32,000 bases of DNA from Candidatus Scalindua sp. Its GTDB lineage: Bacteria; Planctomycetota; Brocadiia; Brocadiales; Scalinduaceae. Under the pieces are notes generated by a model, which worked only from the letters and a program-made list of their open reading frames with translations, was not told where the DNA came from and made no database searches. The stretch is taken from contig JALDRA010000001.1 of assembly GCA_031316235.1 (NCBI GenBank), positions 1,710,001-1,742,000 on the forward strand, written 5' to 3'. A program made the position numbers and the translations under genes. Positions 25,799 through 32,000 of the stretch are shown here, in pieces (positions within the stretch are counted from its first letter, which is position 1; every line of letters begins with the position of its first letter).

Positions 25799-27145
25799 TT
25801 AATACTCATTCAAAGAAACGTCGGTATTACAATTTTCAAATCTTAAGAATTGGCGTAAAAAAGTAAGATTTATTTTACCAACAGGTCCATTTCTCTGCTT
25901 TGCAATATTCAATTCAACCATACCCGGATTTTTACCAGGATCATAGTAATCGTCCCTATGCAACAACATTATCACATCAGCATCCTGCTCTATAGAACCA
26001 GACTCTCTCAGATCTGAAATCCTCGGTTTGTGCCCCTCTCGTGTTTCCACCGAACGGTTCAGCTGTGATACCGCTATAACAGGTATTTTTAATTCACGGG
26101 CCAGCGCCTTTAAACCCCTTGAAATAACGGAGATTTCCTGCTGCCGACTTTCTCCACGTCCACTTTCCATAAGCTGAAGATAATCTATAATGATCAGCTG
26201 TATATCCTGTTGTGCCTTAAGACGTCGAGCTTTGGCACGCAGCTCAAGAATGCTGAGCCCCGGAGTTTCATCGATAAATATTGCAGCCTCTGACAACACA
26301 CCCATTGACAGAGGAAGTTTTGACCATTGATTGTCATCAAGTTTCCCCGTCCGCATCAAGTGCGCATCAATCTTCGCATGCGAACATAACATGTTTTGCG
26401 CAACCTGCTGTGCCGACATTTCCATAGAAAAAATAACGGTCGGCTTTTTTTCATTTACTCCCACATTTTCCGCCAGGTTCAGCGTAAAGCTGGTCTTTCC
26501 CATACTTGGTCTGGCTGCCACTATGAGCAGTTCTGAATCCTGCAAGCCTGAAGTTATATCGTCCAGATCATAAAACCCGGTTGACAAGCCTGTCAGCCGG
26601 CTTTCCCTTTCATGCAAGGTTTCCAGGCGGTCAAAGGTACTATTGAGTATTTCGTAAAGTTTTGTAGTAGGATGTGAAAGTTTCTGCTGAGTTATATCAA
26701 ATATTGACTTTTCAGCCAGATCTAAAAGCTCGTCAGATTCCAGGGAGTCATGGTAGGCCTTCTGCTGAATATTTGTCGTAGCTGCAATCAGCTCACGCTT
26801 TATTGCTTTTTCCCGAACTATCTTCGCATAAAATTCTACATTCGCGGTTATGGGGACGGATTCCTCAAGCTCCATTAAATATTCCGCACCACCAACCTTA
26901 TCGAGAAGAGAGCGTTTATAAAGCTCATCTTTTAAAATAACCAGATCAACAACCCTCTGCTTATCATACAAATTAATTATGGCTTCATAAATATGAATGT
27001 GGGCAGTCTTGTAAAAACTATTCCCATTCAATACCTGCGCAACCAAGCCAATCGTTTCGTTGTCAATCAGCATAGAGCCCAGAACACTGATTTCCGCCTC
27101 CATACTATAGGGCTGTACTTTTTCCTGTATCAACGCGTTTGACAT
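25799..27145 (-). CDS. dnaB: Replicative DNA helicase DnaB
   Basis: 448-aa ORF. PYSMEAEISVLGSML is the N-terminal domain. It also has Walker A ARPSMGKTSF, IIDYLQLM and SQLNRSVE. There is no intein. Confidence 0.95.
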   Translation of the reverse strand: MSNALIQEKVQPYSMEAEISVLGSMLIDNETIGLVAQVLNGNSFYKTAHIHIYEAIINLYDKQRVVDLVILKDELYKRSLLDKVGGAEYLMELEESVPITANVEFYAKIVREKAIKRELIAATTNIQQKAYHDSLESDELLDLAEKSIFDITQQKLSHPTTKLYEILNSTFDRLETLHERESRLTGLSTGFYDLDDITSGLQDSELLIVAARPSMGKTSFTLNLAENVGVNEKKPTVIFSMEMSAQQVAQNMLCSHAKIDAHLMRTGKLDDNQWSKLPLSMGVLSEAAIFIDETPGLSILELRAKARRLKAQQDIQLIIIDYLQLMESGRGESRQQEISVISRGLKALARELKIPVIAVSQLNRSVETREGHKPRISDLRESGSIEQDADVIMLLHRDDYYDPGKNPGMVELNIAKQRNGPVGKINLTFLRQFLRFENCNTDVSLNEY

Positions 27146-27249
27146 TAGATAACTATTGTGTTTGCTGGCAATCCTGAGATGTGAATTAAATCAAAAGGGA
27201 TTTTGTTCGATACAACTTCTTTTTTACCGGGTTTGCTTTGAGCAGGAGG

Positions 27250-27729
27250 CTATTTCGGCTCCTCTTGAGGACCTACAGAATCCTCTGATTCACTCACAAT
27301 TTGCACACTGCATTCCGCTTTCACCTCAGGATGGAGTGCCACCAACACCTTGTATTCACCACACTTTTTTATTGGAGCCTCAAGGTCAACCATATTTTCA
27401 TCTACAGAAAAACCCTTTCCACAGAGAACTTCGGCAATGTGAACCGCTGCCACAGAACCAAAAAGCTTTCCCTCTTTGTTTGTCTTAACCGTTATCGTGC
27501 ATAACGCTCTTGAAATATTGTCCGCGATAGTTCGCAGGTTCCCGATTTCTTCTCTGTAGGCTATCTCCTGCTTATTTCTCTTATTATTTAACTGCTCAAT
27601 ATTTCCAGGATTTATGTTCGTTGCAAACTTTTTAGGCAAAAGATAGTTCCTTGCATAACCATTAGCCACATCTACTATGTCACCAATCTTCCCCAGCTTT
27701 TTGATATCTTTTTTCAGTAAAATCTTCAT
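27250..27729 (-). CDS. rplI: 50S ribosomal protein L9
   Basis: MKILLKKDIKKLGKIGDIVDVANGYARNYLLPKKFA is a canonical L9 N-terminus. Confidence 0.93.
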   Translation of the reverse strand: MKILLKKDIKKLGKIGDIVDVANGYARNYLLPKKFATNINPGNIEQLNNKRNKQEIAYREEIGNLRTIADNISRALCTITVKTNKEGKLFGSVAAVHIAEVLCGKGFSVDENMVDLEAPIKKCGEYKVLVALHPEVKAECSVQIVSESEDSVGPQEEPK

Positions 27730-27771
27730 GATAATAGTTCTATTTAAATGTTTTTCAAACTTTCATATTAA

Positions 27772-28029
27772 TTACGCAACGTATGGCAACAAAGCCATAA
27801 ACCTCGCCCTTTTTAATGCGGTCTTCACAGAACGCTGATGGGTAGAGCAGTTTCCAGAACGCCTCTTCGAAAGCAATCTAGACTGACTGCCCATAAGCTT
27901 CTGCAAATACTTCAAATCTTTATAATCAACCTCATCCATTTTCATTCGGCAAAAACGGCATTTGTTCGTCAGCTCTGCATATTTACTCTTCTTCTGCAAA
28001 GAAATTTTATTTGTTTTCCTTCTATCCAT
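27772..28029 (-). CDS. rpsR: 30S ribosomal protein S18
   Basis: 85-aa ORF. CRFC..., VDYKDLKYLQKL... and HQRSVKTALKRARFMALLPY match the S18 pattern. Confidence 0.93.
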   Translation of the reverse strand: MDRRKTNKISLQKKSKYAELTNKCRFCRMKMDEVDYKDLKYLQKLMGSQSRLLSKRRSGNCSTHQRSVKTALKRARFMALLPYVA

Positions 28030-28067
28030 TAACGCAACTCTCCTGTTTGTTAATAAAAAATTGTACC

Positions 28068-28502
28068 CTAAAACGGTATCTCCTCACCGTTCAAATCCCC
28101 CAGGTCGCCTGATGACTGACCACTTTCGTCCGTTTCATGGAAAGCACCAGCCCCTCCCCCACCTTTCCCCGATCCGCCACCAATAAACTGAAAATTTTCT
28201 GCTACAACACGCAATATACTTCGTTTTTGACCATCTTTTGTTTCCCATTGATTAAACTGCAACCTTCCCTCAATAAAAATAGGGTGCCCCTTACTGAAAT
28301 ACTCATTAATAACCTCAGCACGTCTGCCAAACGCATTTATATCAACAAAACAGACCTCCTCTTTTTTCTCACTATTCTGCCCCGTCCAGGTTCTGTTGAC
28401 GGCGATACCAAAACTGGCAACCGCTGTACCACTCGGCGTATACCTGAGCTCAGGATCCCGAGTAAGATTTCCCATTAAATATACTTTATTAAGACTTGCC
28501 AT
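28068..28502 (-). CDS. ssb: Single-stranded DNA-binding protein
   Basis: [25 protein letters not shown] is the OB fold. A Gly-rich linker follows, and the acidic tail ends ...EEIPF. Confidence 0.93.
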   Translation of the reverse strand: MASLNKVYLMGNLTRDPELRYTPSGTAVASFGIAVNRTWTGQNSEKKEEVCFVDINAFGRRAEVINEYFSKGHPIFIEGRLQFNQWETKDGQKRSILRVVAENFQFIGGGSGKGGGGAGAFHETDESGQSSGDLGDLNGEEIPF

Positions 28503-28522
28503 TACACACCCTCTTCAATATC

Positions 28523-28912
28523 CTACTCATTCAAACTTTTTGATTCAACAGGAACGGGCTCTTCTTCTGGAGCTTCAACTTCAGCATCAATTTCGGCTTC
28601 CCCCGGAGGCGGCTCTTTTATCTTGTCCACCTTTACTATCAAAGCCCTCAGGACATTTTCCGAAAGCTTTAAGTCATTTTTTATCGATGTGATGGAATCT
28701 GGGGGAGCATTGAAATATATAAGCAGATAGACACCACGCCTCTGTCCTTTCACTATGTACGCAAACTTCCGCTCTTCCCATTTTTCACATTGCAGAATCT
28801 CAGCACCTCTATTCTTCAAGATGCCCTGAACTTCGCCAACCGCAGTATCCCAGTCAGTATTAGCAACAGCACTGTTAACAATGAACATACCTTCATACAG
28901 CCTCAATATCAA
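28523..28912 (-). CDS. rpsF: 30S ribosomal protein S6 (with acidic C-terminal extension)
   Basis: YEGMFIV ... GAEILQCEKWEERKFAYIVKGQRRGVYLLIYF is the S6 pattern. The gene sits in the conserved rpsF-ssb-rpsR-rplI order. Confidence 0.92.
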   Translation of the reverse strand: MILRLYEGMFIVNSAVANTDWDTAVGEVQGILKNRGAEILQCEKWEERKFAYIVKGQRRGVYLLIYFNAPPDSITSIKNDLKLSENVLRALIVKVDKIKEPPPGEAEIDAEVEAPEEEPVPVESKSLNE

Positions 28913-28919
28913 TTTCCTC

Positions 28920-29477
28920 CTAATTAAACATATTCATGCAATTGTTTATACCCTTCGCACACCAAGCCCTAACAGCATCACATGCTCTATCCAGAGTATT
29001 TTCTATAATCCTAATCTCTTCCCGTGTAAAAGGCGACAGAACAAACTCCTTTTTATATTCAGGCAGACAGCCTCCTATACCGATTTTTAACCTGGGGACA
29101 GCGTCGCTACCCAGGCAATCCATAACAGACATTACTCCCTTGTGGCCACCGCCCCCCCCCTGTTCCCGAATCCGGATTTTGCCCAGAGGGAGATCACTAT
29201 CGTCGAGAACCACGAGAATTTCATCATCCCGGCATCCATATTTTTTTACAATCTTTCTTACAGCTCCACCGCTCAGGTTCATAAACGTTTGCGGTTTTAC
29301 CAGAAGAACCGTCTCACCGCCAACCAGACACTCATAAATTACAGACTCAAAACGGTTTTTTGGAGTACCGGCTTTGAACTCCCCAACCAGCTTATCTACG
29401 ACCATAAAACCGATATTGTGTCTTGTTTTTGCATATTTTACTCCTGGATTCCCAAGCCCGACGACAACTTTCATCAA
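28920..29477 (-). CDS. pth: Peptidyl-tRNA hydrolase
   Basis: VVGLGNPGVKYAKTRHNIGFMVVD ... KPQTFMNLSG ... GHKGV are the canonical Pth motifs. Confidence 0.94.
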   Translation of the reverse strand: MMKVVVGLGNPGVKYAKTRHNIGFMVVDKLVGEFKAGTPKNRFESVIYECLVGGETVLLVKPQTFMNLSGGAVRKIVKKYGCRDDEILVVLDDSDLPLGKIRIREQGGGGGHKGVMSVMDCLGSDAVPRLKIGIGGCLPEYKKEFVLSPFTREEIRIIENTLDRACDAVRAWCAKGINNCMNMFN

Positions 29478-29492
29478 CCCTTACTTTCCGGC

Positions 29493-30113
29493 CTATTTCT
29501 CTTCAGGCTTGCGAGCAGTTATAACCTCCGGTCCGGCAGCCAGCTCCTCTTCAGACAGAACCTCTTCCTCAGCTGCAAAGTGCACCGACACGACAATAAT
29601 ATCAGGATTTTCCAAAATTTTCACATTAGAGGGGAGTTTCACATCTTTTACATGAACCGATTTCCCGACAACAAGATCTTCAATATTGATACGTATACTT
29701 TCAGGGATTTCCCCCGCCAGACACTCTATCTCCGCCTCTCTCATTGCATGATCCAAAATACCGCCTTCCTGAACCCCACGCGACGTACCATACAGCTCGA
29801 TCGGCACATAGGTGGAGACCTTCTCTGTCAGATCGATCCTGACAAAATCAACATGCAATATCTCCTTACCAAAGGTATCAAACTGCACATCCTTGATAAT
29901 TGCAATCTCCCCCGTACTGTCCCATTTGAGATTTACGGTTTTTACTCCCGAATCAAGTGCTTTCGTAAATTCTTTTTTGCCCAGAAGCAGCATGAGATTT
30001 TCCTGTTTATGTCCATACAGAACAGCAGGTAACAAGCCTGACATCCTGAGCCTTCGCGCAACTCGAGAACCAAATTCTTTTTTTATCTCTACCTGTAATG
30101 CAAGTGTTTCCAT
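29493..30113 (-). CDS. rplY: 50S ribosomal protein L25 / general stress protein Ctc
   Basis: 206-aa ORF. ARRLRMSGLLPAVLYG ... is the N-terminal L25 domain. It also has a Ctc-type C-terminal domain and an acidic tail. Confidence 0.9.
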   Translation of the reverse strand: METLALQVEIKKEFGSRVARRLRMSGLLPAVLYGHKQENLMLLLGKKEFTKALDSGVKTVNLKWDSTGEIAIIKDVQFDTFGKEILHVDFVRIDLTEKVSTYVPIELYGTSRGVQEGGILDHAMREAEIECLAGEIPESIRINIEDLVVGKSVHVKDVKLPSNVKILENPDIIVVSVHFAAEEEVLSEEELAAGPEVITARKPEEK

Positions 30114-30182
30114 ACCTTAAATTATCCAAATTTTGGTGTAAAAAGTCAAAATATAATATTTCTTACAAAAAACCCGCAACGA

Positions 30183-31157
30183 TCAATGCTCCTTAAACAT
30201 CGAGCTTATTGATGAATTAGTATGCACCCTCTTGATAGCTTCACCCACAATACCTGCCACTGTCAGGACTTTCAATTTGCTGCCAAGGGCACTGGTCTCC
30301 TCAGCCAGAGGAATCGTATCGGTAACAACAATCTCCTTAATCGGTGAATTTGATAGCCTTTCAATAGCGGGACCACACAGGACGGCGTGCGTCGCACCCA
30401 CATAAATATCTTTAACTCCCTTTTCTTTCAAAACCCTTGCAGCCTCGCAGATTGAGCCCGCTGTTGCTATCAGATCATCCATAATAATAACGTTTTTCCC
30501 CTTAACATCACCAATAACAAACCCTATCTGTGTCTCCGTTGGACCGATCCTCCTTTTGTCAACAATCGCCATCCTTATATCCAGCTTCTTTGAATACGAT
30601 CTCGCAATTTTTATCCCACCAACGTCCGGCGACACCACCACCAGATCTTCGATACCAAGACTTTTAAAATATTCCGACAGCACCGGAAATGCAAAGATGT
30701 GGTCTACCGGTATATCAAAAAATCCCTGTATCTGTGCTGCATGCAGGTCGATGGTGAGCAATCTGTCCGCACCAGCCTTGGTAATAATATTTGCTACAAG
30801 CTTTGCCGTAATAGGAACCCGGCCTTCATCTTTTCTGTCTTTCCTGGCATAACCGTAGTATGGCAGCACTGCTGTTATTCTTGCAGAAGAAGCCCTTCTG
30901 AAACAATCGATCATAATCAGAAGTTCTGCCAGATTTTCGTTTACGGGCGGACTTGTCGGCTGCACAATAAAAACATCCGCACCACGGACATCTTCTTCCA
31001 CTTTGACATTTATTTCACCATCCGGAAACCTTCCAACCTCCGCCCTTCCAAGAGGAATCGAAAGGTAGTCACACACCTTTTCCGCCAGATCAGGGTTTGC
31101 GTTTCCTGTAAAAACCTTTATGTTGTCCAACGTTTCTATGCGACTCTTCTGATCCAT
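30183..31157 (-). CDS. prs: Ribose-phosphate pyrophosphokinase (PRPP synthetase)
   Basis: 324-aa ORF. KVFTGNANPDLA ... FPDGE ... LPYYGYARKDRK ... DLHA.QIQGFF ... VVSPDVGG ... IMDDLIATAGS are the canonical Prs motifs. Confidence 0.95.
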   Translation of the reverse strand: MDQKSRIETLDNIKVFTGNANPDLAEKVCDYLSIPLGRAEVGRFPDGEINVKVEEDVRGADVFIVQPTSPPVNENLAELLIMIDCFRRASSARITAVLPYYGYARKDRKDEGRVPITAKLVANIITKAGADRLLTIDLHAAQIQGFFDIPVDHIFAFPVLSEYFKSLGIEDLVVVSPDVGGIKIARSYSKKLDIRMAIVDKRRIGPTETQIGFVIGDVKGKNVIIMDDLIATAGSICEAARVLKEKGVKDIYVGATHAVLCGPAIERLSNSPIKEIVVTDTIPLAEETSALGSKLKVLTVAGIVGEAIKRVHTNSSISSMFKEH

Positions 31158-31773
31158 GCTCTATAGCGTTATGCCCCCTTATCCTTCACCAATAAAATTC
31201 TCAGCAGGCACAGGGACTTGTGTATACTTTTAATGAGCCAAACACGCAGATGGTCCTATTCATATTCTCAAATGCAGATTACAGCACCGGTATGCCAATT
31301 GAGCAAAGGGGGGGAAACCTTCACTTCTCCTTCCCCTTTTTTGATGAAAGGCAGAAGTTATGCATAAGCGTTTTGCTGAGAAACACTTACAAGCGAGACC
31401 ATCCGGGACATCAGCGAGGCGGAATGTTATCAAAAAAAAGTATTGATTGCAAGAAAAAACTGATGGAAGCAAAAAGAGCACAGTGATTTCAAACAAATTT
31501 CAACACTCTTCAGGTCACATTTTTTCTGTTATTTCTTTGTTGATACGAAAACCGGACTCCAACCAGGAGAAAAAAGAGTCCCGAGGAAAACAACTCAATA
31601 TTTTCCTGCAGAATATTCTCCCCCTTCCCTGAAATGAAAGCAACCTATGGCAGTATTTCACAATCAGATAAGTAAAACTATTCCAATTCCTTCACTTTTC
31701 AATTTGCATTTTCATGCAAGTTACTTACAATGCAGAAGAAAAGAACCACTTTTTTAAGGAGGCAGCGGCTACC

Positions 31774-32000
31774 ATGAAAAAAACTTTCCCCTTACTCATG
31801 CTTATTTTTTGCACCTTTCACCCCTCACTGGTATTCGGAGCACAGGAACCAACACAGATACTTGACAAGTTAGACGCTCTTGAAAAAACCATTTCCGACC
31901 TGTCATTCAGAATATTTGCCTTAGAAAAAAGGTTAATCTCGTTTGAAGAAAAACTTCTTTTTAAAGAAAAACATTCGATGGATTATCCCATGAGCACCGA
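31774..32000 (+). CDS. 5' part of a secreted / periplasmic protein of unknown function (runs off the right edge)
   Basis: ATG at 31774 is preceded by an AAGGAGG SD (31756-31762). The translation is MKKTFPLLMLIFCTFHPSLVFGAQEPTQILDKLDALEKTISDLSFRIFALEKRLISFEEKLLFKEKHSMDYPMST... This is a signal peptide (..VFG-AQ) followed by a heptad-like coiled-coil segment. It is absent from the ORF track because no stop lies within the window. Confidence 0.55.
   Translation, partial: MKKTFPLLMLIFCTFHPSLVFGAQEPTQILDKLDALEKTISDLSFRIFALEKRLISFEEKLLFKEKHSMDYPMST

Noticed and set aside
29142-30032. 296-aa plus-strand ORF with no internal stop
   Set aside because: It is entirely antisense to two well-supported conserved genes (pth and rplY/ctc) and crosses their intergenic junction. 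The translation is low-complexity and Phe/Leu/Arg/Asn-rich, with no motif I recognise and no SD. Long antisense ORFs are expected opposite genes with this codon bias.
31220-31496. 88-aa (plus) and 78-aa (minus) ORFs in the prs upstream gap
   Set aside because: They are mutually antisense. The plus-strand ORF has a non-ATG start, neither has an SD, and the composition is implausible. The region is kept only as unexplained intergenic DNA.

Overview
This 32-kb window is almost fully coding and moderately AT-rich (roughly low-40s %GC by eye, not computed). It is a chromosomal segment from a diderm bacterium, since BamA, Skp, LpxA and LpxC are present. I cannot assign a taxon without a database search. 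Composition and gene content would fit a PVC/Planctomycetota (anammox-like) or similar lineage, but that is a guess.

Layout:
- 1-2.4 kb is a small accessory patch. It holds the 5' end of a possible M16 peptidase, an ISKra4-family transposase, and an orphan Dam-class DNA methylase that appears broken by a 1-nt frameshift. The methylase has its own leaderless-type promoter.
- 2.5-5.7 kb (+) is a tight operon: a COG2403/cDPG-synthetase-like P-loop protein, carbamate kinase and Era.
- 6-9.4 kb (-) carries sppA, ubiX, and uppP translationally coupled to a CPBP protease.
- 9.6-10.4 kb (+) carries a bifunctional-nuclease-domain protein and two tandem tRNA-Ser genes. A 646-bp stretch with no credible gene follows.
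- 11-15.4 kb carries an AMP-forming acyl-CoA synthetase (+), convergent with an Aquifex-type aconitase and a PmtA-like SAM methyltransferase (-).
- 15.5-31.2 kb is a single minus-strand array. In transcription order it reads prs-ctc-pth-rpsF-ssb-rpsR-rplI-dnaB-bamA-skp-lpxC-lpxA-(Gfo/Idh/MocA oxidoreductase)-(radical SAM)-rpsB-tsf-pyrH-frr-tRNA-Lys-tRNA-Glu.
- A 616-bp apparently non-coding gap follows, then the start of a secreted protein at the right edge.

I found no CRISPR array, no recognisable defence island and no large repeat. The best candidate for something undescribed is the oxidoreductase/radical-SAM pair. It is ATGA-overlapped and appended to the outer-membrane/lipid A genes. Most of the rest is ordinary core genome.
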